A stretch of 64,000 nucleotides of DNA, taken from Lytechinus pictus (Eukaryota). This document shows positions 38,504-50,267 of the stretch, piece after piece. The stretch covers positions 13,642,001-13,706,000 of the forward strand of contig NC_087252.1 of the NCBI RefSeq assembly GCF_037042905.1, read 5' to 3'. A program made the translations under genes and the position numbers. How positions within the stretch are numbered: the first letter of the stretch is position 1; each line of letters opens with the position of its first letter. The notes beneath the pieces were generated by a model, which had not been told where the DNA came from, searched no databases, and worked only from the letters and a program-made list of their open reading frames with translations.

Positions 38504-38997
38504 ATGCACATAGTAGGAACATCGTAGGTCGTTGGCTCGCCAACGGTATGCGCGCGAGAGTACAAGCATGCGCGCGTGTATTCGTATGGCTCGGAAGTAC
38601 AGTACCGGTACGGGTCGTATCGTAAAAACTGACAAGACAACGAATCTTCAGGATCGATCACGTCGAGATTGATTCTGATTCTTCACATCGTAGGTCGTGA
38701 CGTTGGCTCGCCAACGTTGAGGTAATGAAATGTGCGGGGTATTCTGCAGTTAAGCCTATATCGATATCATAATTTGAAACAACATTTTTTTATAAACCGT
38801 CCCGTTTTTTTTTTGTTGTGTAATACGCACTGCACTGTTATAGCTCAAACTAAAGTCAGACGGGGGATCGGGGCCCTTACGCCCGACGGGTCCGGGGGGA
38901 GATACGGCTACGACTAGGCCTAGATCGGATTTGCCAACACTGCGCGATTGCGAAAGCTATTGCGAAATACTATAGACATAAATCTAAATTTCCCCAC

Positions 38998-39114
38998 CTG
39001 AAGAATTACACTTTTAATCAGCGAATTCACGGGCGCTCCAAAGGCTTGACACGTCCCTTGGAAACACCAAAGAACAATCCCTCCTTTGCTAAAAATCGTG
39101 AAAAGGTCTAACAT
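38998..39114 (-). CDS. SRPRA: SRP receptor alpha, exon 1 (MLDLFTIFSKGGIVLWCFQG...VILQ), SRX/longin domain start
   Basis: Conserved MLD.F.IFSKGG.VLW N-terminus; donor CAG|GTGGGG; 117 bp, phase 0. Confidence 0.95.
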
Positions 39115-39352
39115 ATTGTCACTTTCCGGCCCTCGCCGTTGTCGATTTACACGCAATCTGACTGAACTTGTCACTTTTTTTTAATGCAGTCAATATTACG
39201 GTACCCTCGATCCATGCAACAAGCAAGCAAAATAAAGTTGGTACATTGTTTTTGTTTTATACGTAGTACATTGATTTGATTGTGCTACAACCGATAGATG
39301 AGTGCTCAGCCTATTCAGAGGCAGCGGAACTGGGGGCAGCCCCCCCCCCCCC

Positions 39353-39384
<32 letters not shown>

Positions 39385-40041
39385 CCGTAGAAAAAATGCC
39401 TTTAATGGAAAATGCATCTTTTTTAAATGAAATGTGCCAACGTGCTCAATTACTGTTAAGTAAGGTTCTCATCCTGTTCATGGTTACAAAAATGCTTAGA
39501 ATTTCCGGTTTTCATGTTCAAATATCACAAATTTTCAGCTTGCCCTTTGCGCTCGCATTATTCGATTGGTAAGATATGTACCCTATTTATGAGTAACTAT
39601 ATGCAGTCCTTATAAAAGGTCCTTTTCTGGTCAGCATTCAAAATTTCAGTTCGCGCTGGCCTTAATTCTTTAGTTACATACACATCTTTTTCATGATTAC
39701 CAAAACTATTCGGACTGGTTAATTTTCGCGTTTCACGCTCGCAACATCACCCAGGGATGCTCTTGAGTTATAATACATGTACTAACTTCAGATTTTTTCC
39801 AAACCGCTTGCTCGCTACACTTTATCGCGGAAAATAAAGGCATAATCAGAAATCACTTTAAAAAAGGCTTTTCTCAACTACTCCAAAACACACAACTGCA
39901 CGCATGCAGATGATAATCTCATGGTGAAAATATCCGTTTGCTCCAAAATTCCCTATATGAGTGCCCCTTTTTGGCTTTGCCCCCCCCCCCCCCAACGATA
40001 ATACGTTCCGCAGCTCCTAAGCCTACTGAAGGCCCTCTTAA

Positions 40042-40457
40042 AGGCGACCGCACACCTTACGACTGGTCTGCGACCCGATTTAGGAACAAATCGCATTTTG
40101 CTCATTTTCTGAAGATGTGAATGGAACATATCATTTTATTTGAGGTTGAAATTAATTGAAATAATAATATTACAACAATTTTGAAAGATTGCAAGCCCTT
40201 ATTTTGGAGTAAATACCAAATTAGGTTCAAATCGTAGCCAATCGTAAGACTGCTATGACGTCATTACGACTAGATATTAAATTCGCTTTTATTCTAAGAA
40301 GGATGATAGCATAGTCACAAATTTGATCATAGGTATTCGTATGATGATTTCGAACATTACACAGTAAGATATTCCAAGTCTCAATATTAGCATCAAATTC
40401 TATTACATTTTATTCTGAAATCGGGTCGCAGACCAGTCGTAAGGTGTGCGGTGGCCT
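40042..40457. mobile_element. PIF/Harbinger-like MITE (other copies ~62960-63363 inverted and ~42170-42450 degenerate)
   Basis: TAA TSD; ~40-bp TIR AGGC(G/C)ACCGCACACCTTACGACTGGTCTGCGACCCGATTT. Confidence 0.82.
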
Positions 40458-42675
40458 TAAGTTTCGTATGTGCTAGTCTTTGTGTGTAGACCCACTTGCT
40501 GATCAAAGTTTCAATCAGTGTCTGTACCTGCAGACTAATAGATGATACGGATGGTTGGGAAAAGGGTGAACCGTAATATGTTTTTTTTTCTCGGGCGAAT
40601 TGTTATTACAAAATCTAATTTTGCTATAGATTTTGACCTAATATTCAGAAAATTGTACAATGTTTCACCCTTCTCTCTTGCCTTTATTTTTTTATTATTA
40701 TTCTTGGTCTGGACACTATCGTCGGAACAGGATTTTTTTCTATGGTTGTCTTTGCGAGCATTATATAGGGCGCCAATGCTCTATTCAGCAGATAGCATGT
40801 TGAGTTTAAAGAAAGAGGGGGCACAACTGTCCAGGGCGAGCAAAGCGAGCGAGAAAAAAAAATCGTGAGGGTGAGAATCTAAGTTTTAGTTTTTGACATC
40901 TTCAGAAAATATGATCATTCTTCATTTTTGGTTGTAGAACTCTTTGGGGCCATGGCTTTACGCCAGTGCTATAGGGGTGGGGTCTGGGGCGGAGTTCCTG
41001 GAACCTTTTGATATTAAGCCATTTTAAATTTTACAGATGGTCGCTATTTTTAATCAAATGGCAGGTATAGTTTTTGCACAACACATTTCTTCGACGCAGT
41101 TATCTAATAAAGCAAATATTTTGAGGGGGCACAACATAAAAAATTTGGTAAATTTGTATTTAAAAAAAAGTCGCCAGCGAGCGAAACACGCCAGAAAAAA
41201 ATTGCCATTTTAAAATGAAATTTTGATTATGTGACAGATAAATCTCTCTTCCCGTTCTTTATTTCCAATCCTCACTAGCCCGTTCTTGATATTATTTTTT
41301 TCCTTTTTGTTTCTTTTCCCTTTTCTTCTTTCTCCAATTTACATTTTGGCTCATTCCATTCTACTTTCATTGCCCGCTTTTATTTGCCTATTCCTTTCCC
41401 TTTCCCACCATTCTTTTCCGTGCCATTTTTTCATCTTTTAATTCCTTTTCTTACTATAACTTGCTAACATTATAGAATTAGGGATGATTTGTTCTTTCTC
41501 GCATGTTTTTATTTCCTTCCTTTTCCCGCTTTGCTTGCGTTTTCCCTTTTTTATGTTTTAGTTTTCTTTTCACTTTTTCCCTTTCCCTTTCAATCCTTTC
41601 CTCCTTTGCTTTCCCTCACTCCCCTTCTTTGTTTTCTTTCTTTCTCCCTTTCTTTGTCTTCCTTCCTTTCTTTCTCACTTTCTTTCTGTCTTTCTTTCTG
41701 TTCTTTCTTAATTTCATTTCTCCCTTTTCTCCTTTTTTCCTTCTGTATATTTTCCCGGTGAAATCCACCAGACGCCCCCCCCCCCCCGCCTGTTACGCCG
41801 TGCACTGTCGTTTTCCGCGTTTCTTTGTCGCGGATGCTGTCCTCTGTTTAATGGCAGTGGCCCCACCCCCCCCCCCCCCCTTTAAGAGCTCATACGAGCT
41901 CTTGCGTGTCCATACAAAAACAATGGGCATTAATCGATGGATAGCACTGAGAGTTATGCATCACAGAGGATATTACGCTGGGGGGCATCTATTGTTGCGC
42001 GCCCCCGTGACAATCTTCTGCATGCACTGACACCCATTCATACATCCCCCCATATCATGTAAATTAGGACGAGGATCGAACACCATAGAATCCACCTCCT
42101 ATAACGTCAGAATCACCGCCGGTACTGCTAAAAAAAAATTTGAGTCCAGTTTCATCACTTTTTAAAACGTACAGTTAGGAGTGGTCTGACTTAGACCCGA
42201 TTTTGGAATAAAAGGTAGTAGAATATATGTTATGCTAATATTGAGGACATGGAATATCTTACTATGTGATGTTTTAAATCATCGTACGAATACCTATCTT
42301 CAACTCTGTGACTATGCTTTCATCCTTATTGGAATAAAACATATCAATATTTTGTCGTAATGACGATCATAGCAATCATACGATTGGCTACGATTTAATT
42401 AGCAAAATGCGATTTGTTCCAAAATGACGTGGACCAATCGCCAAGGTGTGATTTGGACTTATTATCTTCACGGTCGCCTTTATATCATGCTTTACAGTAA
42501 AAACGCTGTTTAATATTTTTATACAACGCTGTTTACTATATGAACCTTACAGTATTTGTTTAACCGTTTAGACAATCATGTTTAATTTAATGAAGATTAG
42601 ATATTGAAAATTAAACTTTGTTGCTTAAGATTTAAACACTTGTTTATACTGTTTAAACAATTACTATAAGGTTCA

Positions 42676-45108
42676 CAGTGGCGGATCCAGGGGGGTGGCG
42701 CAGGGGGCGCGCGCCCCCCCCCCCTAATATTTGAGCGGCGCCGAAGGCGCCGCTCAAAAAAATAAAAGTAAAAAAGAGAAAAGGCGCTGCTTGAAAAAAT
42801 AAAAATAAAGGAAAGAAAAGAAAAGGCGCCGCTTAAAAAATTATACACTGATATAATATTAGCAACAGTAAGGAAAGACTATCCCCCAGCAAAGCACAAT
42901 CATATCATCTTCCTTATCTTTTCTTTTACCTATATACCCTTTTCCCAACAACTTCGCCGGTTAAAAATAATCGCTGCCTGCATATAACTGGCGCCAATCA
43001 AGAATAATCAGCGCCACCTTAATCTAAATCGGCGCCGGACAAGAATAATCTGCACCATTTGGTTATAAATCGGCGCTGCCTGAGTCTTAACCGGCGCCGA
43101 TCAAGAATAATCAGCTCCACCTAAATCTAAATCGGCGCCGGACAAGAATAATCAACACCACCTGGTTAAAAATCGGCGCCAGTCAAGAATAATCGGCCCC
43201 TCCTGGTTCTAAATCGGCGCCAGTCAATTATGAATTGCCGCTGCCTGAATCTTACGTGACGTCGGTAAAAAATAATCAGCACTACTTGTTCTAAATTGAC
43301 GCCGGTCAAGAATAATCATCGTCCCCTGGTTCCAATAAATAGGCGCCGGTAGAAAAATGAAGAAGGGCCTATTGCCAACCAAATCTAGATCGGCGCCGGT
43401 CAAGAATGATCAACGGCACCTGGTTATATATTTTATTGTTGAATGGTCATAACAAAGCTTATCGCATGCCCTTACAGAGTGAAATGGGGCAGGGCAGTTG
43501 CCCACAGAATGACAGATGTCATGAAATCTTTAATTTATTAAAAAAATTCCAGAATCATACAAAAGCGTATAAGCAATTCCTTTAATTTTGATCTTATTTT
43601 CCAATGCTTTAATAAAAAGGTCAGTCACTTTTCTTCTTGGCACATTCCACATTGTGCCACCTCTATGGCCTTTAGTTTAAGACAGCTACTATATATAGTG
43701 TTTTATGAAGATGATTCGATATTTTAGCCCAAAACTTTGCTAAAACCCGTTGCTAGTACCGGGAGTGTATAATTACGCAACCAATCGTATATTGAGATTG
43801 AGCTACACAACTCGTTCTTTATTTAAAATCGTGCTTAAATTATCCGCTTCTCAGATTGGAATATAAAAATTTTCAGCTCGCGCTTCGCGCTCGCATCATT
43901 TCTGTAGCAAAACCCCATACTTTTCATGATTAAATAGGTGAATAGAATGTCCCTTTTTCAGGACTAAACGTCAAAAGAAATCCCACTTCGATTTGCAATA
44001 ATCTTTTGCTGGATATAATCTTGTTCTTTATTACAAACGTCCATTAAACTGTCATTTTTTTTCAGATCGAAATATCAAAATTTTAAGCTCGCATCTATTG
44101 TTTTTTTAGATACCCATCTTAATCATTGGTACCAAAAATGCATAGAATATCAAGCTTTCTGGTCAGAATATAAAGAAATTTCAGCTCGCCCTCGGCACTC
44201 GCATTATCTGTGTAGTGAGATATGTATCATCCTCATGAGTTACTACAAACAGTCCCAAACAGGCACCTTTTTCCTGTTTTCAGGTCAGTATACTAACAAA
44301 TTTCAGCTTGCGCTTCGCGCTCGCATTAATTTGTTGGTGAGATATGTGTTTCTATCTCATGAGTCATATAAATATATATATACATATATATATGCATATG
44401 TGTGTGTATGTTTGTGTGAGTTTGTTTGTTTTGTGTGATATCGAGCGCCTTTGGAAAGTTGATACATGATTTTGCCCCCGAAATCTTAAAAAAAGGATCG
44501 ACGCCCCTGTGTGTATATATATATATACATAGAGTAAAAAAAACTTGTATCTCTATTAATATACAAAAGTATTGGCCTCATCGCAATAAAAGGGTTAATA
44601 CACGAGATTTTGAAATCGCACATAACATGCATAATTTGTGTTACTTTTTGCTTGTTTCTTTCTTTAATAAGTTGTTCAATCTCTCTCTATATATGTTTTA
44701 GAAAGATTAGATGTTTAAATTGATGTATATTTCTGTTATAATGATATATTTTTAAGTGGACTTCAGGGAATGGTCGTACGCAGCAAGGGGGAAGGGGGGG
44801 GGACATTCGCGATCTGCTGTTGTGAGAAACAATTTTTTTCCCTTAACATTTCATGAAAACTATGAAAAATGTGCAAATGTGAGATGTGCACCAAATTTTC
44901 GAGTCTTGCCTCCCCCCCCCGGAAATATTATCTGCGTGTGGTCATGCAAAATGGCATGACTGGAAATCCTACATTTTGAAAAGAGCATTTGACAGGGTCA
45001 GACCCCTTTTTCAACATTTTCTTTTATGGCGCCGGTGAAGTGCAAAAATATGTGCGCCGCTCGGCAGTGCGCCCCCCCCCCTTTCGCCAAAAGCTGGATC
45101 CGCCTATG
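42676..45108 (+). mobile_element. Non-autonomous DNA transposon, copy 1 (CAGTGGCGGATCCAG...CTGGATCCGCCTATG), 5-bp TSD GTTCA
   Basis: TSD at 42671-42675 and 45109-45113; inserted in a small (C)ACAGTAAAAA-ended MITE (~42493-45148). Confidence 0.9.
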
Positions 45109-45888
45109 GTTCATATAGTAAACAGCGTTGTATAATTTTTTTACTGTGTAGGCCTACAAAGTGCTACTAATCTTTATTATAAACCGGTTGTTACACAGAT
45201 TATAATATGTATATATGTTGTATTACTTATAGATAGAACCATTATAAAGTTTATTTTAATATCTGTACAGATTCAAATCTGTTATTACAAATGTTTCTAC
45301 TCAGTGTGTGAAGATAGAAACAATAGGGGCGGATCCAGCCTTCGTCAATAGAAGGGGGCGGAATTTTTCGGTTACAGCCCGATAGACCGCGGGTCCGATA
45401 GACCGCGGGTCCGATAGTCCGCGGGGCCGATAGACCGCGGGTCCGATAGACCGCGGGTCCGATAGTCCGCGGGTCCGATAGACCGCGGGTCCGATAGACC
45501 GCGGGTCCGATAGTCCGCGGGTCCGATAGACCGCGGGTCCGATAGTCCGCGGTGTGTGTAAAATTATGATCAGGATATAGTGAGATCCAATGTCATCAAG
45601 AAGTCAAAAGGCCAATGGTACGAGTCCATGGGGTTCTATAACGATGACCCAAAGGACAATCGCGACGGCACCAAGTTAAACAAAAATAAATGAAGTGGGA
45701 GGGGGTAGACGTTAAAGAAAATCTGAGATTTCATTCTTAAAAACACATTGAGGTATCTCACAAGGCCTAAATAAAAAATGAGAACGCGAAGCGCGATCTG
45801 ATTTTTTAAAAGATTTTTCATGTATTATATCCTGAAAGCCTAAGTCAGGGGCGGACCCAGCTTCCGCCAATAGGGGGAGGGACCATTT

Positions 45889-48835
45889 CATAGGCGGATC
45901 CAGCTTTTGGCGAAAGGGGGGGGCGCACTGCCGAGCGGCGCACATATTTTTGCACTTCACCGGCGCCATAAATGAAAATGTTGAAAAAGGGGTAAAGTCT
46001 GACCCTGTCAAATGCTCTTTTCAAAATGTAGGATTTCCAGTCATGCCATTTTGCATGACCACACGCAGATAATATTTCCGGGGGGGGGGGGGCAAGACTC
46101 GAAAATTTGGTGCACATCTCACATTTGCACATTTTTCATAGTTTTCATGAAATGTTAAGGAAAAAAAAATGTTTTTCACAACAACAGATCGCGAATGTGC
46201 CCCCCACCCTTTCCCCTTGCTGCGTACGACCATTCCCTGAAGTCTACTTAAACATATCTCATTATAACAGAAAATATACATCAATTTAAACATATAATCT
46301 AAAACATATATAGAGAGAGATTGAAAAACTTATTAAAAAAAGAAACAAGCAAAAAGTAACACAAATTATGCATGTTATGGGCGATTTCAAAATCTCGTGT
46401 ATTAACCCTTTTATTGCGATTAGGCCAATACTTTTGTATTTTAATAGAGATACAAGTTTTTTTTACTATATGTATATATATATATACACAGGGGCGTCGA
46501 TCCTTTTTTTAAGATTTGGGGGGCAAAATCATGAATCAACTTTCCAAAGGCGCTCGATATCACACAAAACAAACAAACTCATACAAACACACATATGCAT
46601 ATATATATATATATATATATATGACTCATGAGATAGAAACACATATCTCACCAACAAATTAATGCGAGCGCGAAGCGCGAGCTGAAATTTTTTAGTATAC
46701 TGACCTGAAAACAGGAAAAAGGTGCCTGTTTAGGACTGTTTGTAGTAACTCATGAGGAGGATACATATCTCACTACACAGATAATGCGAGTGCCGAGGGC
46801 AAGCTGAAATTTCTTTATATTCTGACCAGAAAGCTTGATATTCTATGCATTTTTGGTACCAATGATTAAGATGGGTATCTAAAAAAAATAAAAGATGCGA
46901 GCGCGAAGCGCGAGCTTAAAATTTTGATATTTCGATCTGAAAAAAATGACAGTTTAATGGACGTTTGTAATAAAGAACAAGATTATATTCAGCAAAAGAT
47001 TATTGCAAATCGAAGCGGGAGTTCTTTTGACGTTTAGAACTGAAAACGAGACATTCTATTCACCTATTTTAATCATGAAAAGTATGGGGTTTTGCTACAG
47101 AAATGATGCGAGCGCGAAGCGCGAGCTGAAAATTTTTATATTCCAATCTGAGAAGCGGATAATTTAAGCACGATTTTAAATAAAGAACGAGTTGTGTAGC
47201 TCAATCTCAATATACGATTGGTTGCGTAATTATACACTCCCGGTACTAGCAACGGGTTTTAGCAAAGTTTTGGGCTAAAATATCGAATCATCTTCATAAA
47301 ACACTATAGTAGCTGTCTTAAACTAAAGGCCATAGAGGTGGCACAATGTGGAATGTGTAAAGAAGAAAAGTGACTGACCTTCTTTTTATTAGAGCATTGG
47401 AAAATAAGATCAAAATTAAAGGATTTGCTCTACGCTTTTGTATGATTCTGGGATTTTTTTAATAAATTAAAGATTTCATGACATCTGTCATTCTGTGGGC
47501 AACTGCCCCGCCCCAGTCCACTCTGTAAGGGCATGCGATAAGCTTTGTTATGACCATTCAACAATAAAATGTATAACCAGGGGAGTGTTTCATCAACATT
47601 TTCATCCGACAAGTTGTCAGATCTGACATCTTCCTCTGATGTTGATTGGCTGAGAGGTACTGTTACTATGGTAACTGTCGGATAAAATGGGACTTGTCGG
47701 ATAAAACGTCCAACAAGTCCTTTCATGAAACGCCCCCCAGGTGCCGCTGATCATTCTTGACCGGCGCCGATCTAGATTTGGTTAGCAATATAATAGGCCC
47801 TTCTTCATTATTCTACCGGCGCCTATTTATTGGAACCAGGGGACGCTGATTATTCTTGACCGGCGCCGATTTAGAACAAGTAGTGCTGATTATTTTTACC
47901 GACGTCACGTAAGATTCAGGCAGCGGCAATTCATAATTGACTAGCGCCGATTTAGAACCAGGAGGCGCCGATTATTCTTGACTGGCGCCGATTTTTAACT
48001 AGGTGGTGCTGATTATCCTTATCCGGCGCCGATTTAGATTTAGGTGGAGCTGATTATTCTTGATCGGCGCCGGTTAAGACTCAGGCAGCGCCGATATTTA
48101 ACCAGATGGCGCTGATTATTCTTGACCATGCAGCCCCGATTTAGATATAGGTGGCGCTGATTATCCTTGATCGGCGCCGGTTACGAACTCAGGCAGCGCC
48201 GATTTTTCTTTACCGGCGCCGATTTATAACCAGATGGCGCCGTTTATTCTTGCCCGGCGCCGATTTAGATTTAGGTGGATCTGATTATTCTTGATCGGCG
48301 CCGGTTAAGACTCTGGCAGCGCCGATTTATAACCAGATGGCGCCGATTATTTTTATCTGGTGCCGATTTAGATTTAGGTGGCGCAGATTATCCTTGATCG
48401 GCGCCGGTTGAGACTCTGGCAGTGCCGATTTTTCTCGACTGGCGCCGATTTATAACCAAATGGCGCTGATTATTCTTGTCCAGCGCCGATTTAGATTAAG
48501 GTGGCGCTGATTATTCTTGATTGGCGCCAGTTATATGCAGGCAGCGCACTGCTGATTATTTTTAACCGGCGAAGTTATTGGGAAAAGATAAGGATGATGA
48601 TATGATTGTGCTTTGCTGGGGGATAGTCTTTCCTTACTGTTGCTAATATTATATCAGTGTATAATTTTTTTAAGCTGCGCATTTTCTTTTCTTTCTTTCC
48701 TTTATTTTTATTTTTCAAGCAGCGCCTTTTCTTTCTTTTACTTTTCTTTTATTTTTTTTGAGCGGCGCCTTCGGCGCCGCTCAAATATTAGGGGGGGCGC
48801 GCGCCCCCTGCGCCACCCCCCTGGATCCGCCACTG
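45889..48835 (-). mobile_element. Same transposon, copy 2, inverted, 5-bp TSD CATTT
   Basis: TSD at 45884-45888 and 48836-48840; co-linear reverse complement of 42676-45108 plus a MITE insertion and a longer internal repeat array. Confidence 0.9.
47581..47737. mobile_element. Harbinger-like MITE with CAG TSD inside transposon copy 2
   Basis: CAG|GGGAGTGTTTCAT...ATGAAACGCCCCC|CAG; empty site visible in copy 1 at ~43420. Confidence 0.88.
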
Positions 48836-49794
48836 CATTTTTTTCACCCATATTTTCCCCGATCGGCCGCTCAAAGTTGATTTTTTTTTTCTTTGAAGGG
48901 GTTGTCCCAGTGGCCTAGTCGAAAAGGGACCTGTTAAGGATGTTTTGCAATTAGCCATTAAGACGATACATAATTCAACGATTAAATAATGCGAGCGCGA
49001 AGAGCGAGCTGAAAATTTTTATAATGATGAAATGAAAAATACATTTTCAGTTGTCAGGTTAGAATATCAAATATTTTCAGCTTGTGCTTCTCGTTCGCAT
49101 AAAAAACTGTAAGGTCGGGATGCGTATAACTAAACCATTTATTGATGCCAGCGCGAAGTGCGAGCTAAATTTTTTTATATACTGACTTAAGAAGGACTAA
49201 GGTATAATTCCTATTCTAATTGCTTGTCCTTTTTTCTCTTCTTTTTTTCTGTTTCTTACCCCTTTTTTGCGCCACCATGGGGGGCAAAATCTTTGCCCCC
49301 TGGATCGGCCTATGTATGTTGATTTGAAAAACACTAACACTTACATGTGGGATTGATGCAGAGGATGCATACCTCATTAATCAAATATTGCGAGCGCGTA
49401 GCGCGAGCTGAATTCGATAATAACCCTTTTATGTGACCCTGAACAGGGTTTCTATCTCGCTAAACAGACCTAAAACTCGAAAACATTGTTTTTGTCTGTT
49501 ATCATAAAAACGGGATATTTCAATTCAGCCGCATTAATTTAAGTTTTTTGGGCAGGACATATATTTCAATATAAACAGGCAATACGAGCAATGTTGCGCC
49601 CCCGGTCGAAAATGAATTTGCCCTCCCTCCCCCTCTCTGAAACATGTATTTGTTGCATTATGGTCAAAATTCAAATTAGCGCTCCCCTAGTTCGAACATC
49701 AATTTGGCGCCCCCTCCCAGTTCAAACATCAGTTCGGCGCCCCATAGTTCGAACGTCATTTTGGCGCCATCAAATCGACGTCCAGGTCAACATC

Positions 49795-50267
49795 TCCCTT
49801 TTCCGTTTCCCATCTCCTTTTCTTTCTTTTTTTTCTTTCTCTTATCCTCATTCCCATTCCTTCCTTTCTCTTTCTTTCTCTCTTTCTTTCCCCCTCTTCC
49901 TCTCCCCTTTTCTTCTTCTCTTCTTTTCCTCCTCTCTCTCTCTCTTTTTCTTCTCTTCTTTTCCCTTCTTCCTCTCTCTCTTTTTTATTATCTTTCTTCC
50001 CATCTTCCTCTATTTAAATATTATTCTCTTCCTTCCTCTTTTTTCTTCTTCTATTTCCTCCTTTTCCTTTCTCCTTTCTTTTTTTCTCTTCCTTTTCCCT
50101 CCTCTCTTTTTTCTCTTCTTTCCCTTTTTCTTCTCCCATTTTCTTTGTCTTTCCTTTCTACTTTTCTTCTCTGCCTTTCTTACTCTCTTTTCTATTCTGT
50201 TCTTTTCCCCTCTTGCTCTTTCTTTTTTTATTCTCTCCTTTTCCCCTCTTCCCCCCTCTTTTTTTTG
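49795..50267 (+). repeat. Long polypyrimidine/polypurine low-complexity tract (similar tract at ~41250-41755)
   Basis: Almost exclusively C/T on the plus strand for ~470 bp. Confidence 0.9.

Larger units (their letters stand above)
37081..38751. mobile_element. TIR-bounded element carrying a 42-bp minisatellite and a telomere-type repeat
   Basis: Perfect 20-bp TIR AACTGCAGAATACCCCGCAC (37081-37100) / GTGCGGGGTATTCTGCAGTT (38732-38751). Confidence 0.75.

Noticed and set aside
37191..38635. Long overlapping ORFs (up to 293 aa) with 14-aa repeats such as ACCQRANDANVVSL
   Set aside because: By-product of a 42-bp (14-codon) minisatellite that is open in several frames on both strands; no splice context or domain.
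42674..42680. RSS heptamer CACAGTG suggesting a Transib/ProtoRAG end
   Set aside because: The leading CA belongs to the GTTCA TSD; the second copy has a different flank, no nonamer is seen and there is no RAG-like ORF.
42676..48835. Assembly fold-back artefact
   Set aside because: The arms differ by substitutions, a TSD-flanked MITE and array length, and each arm has its own TSD.
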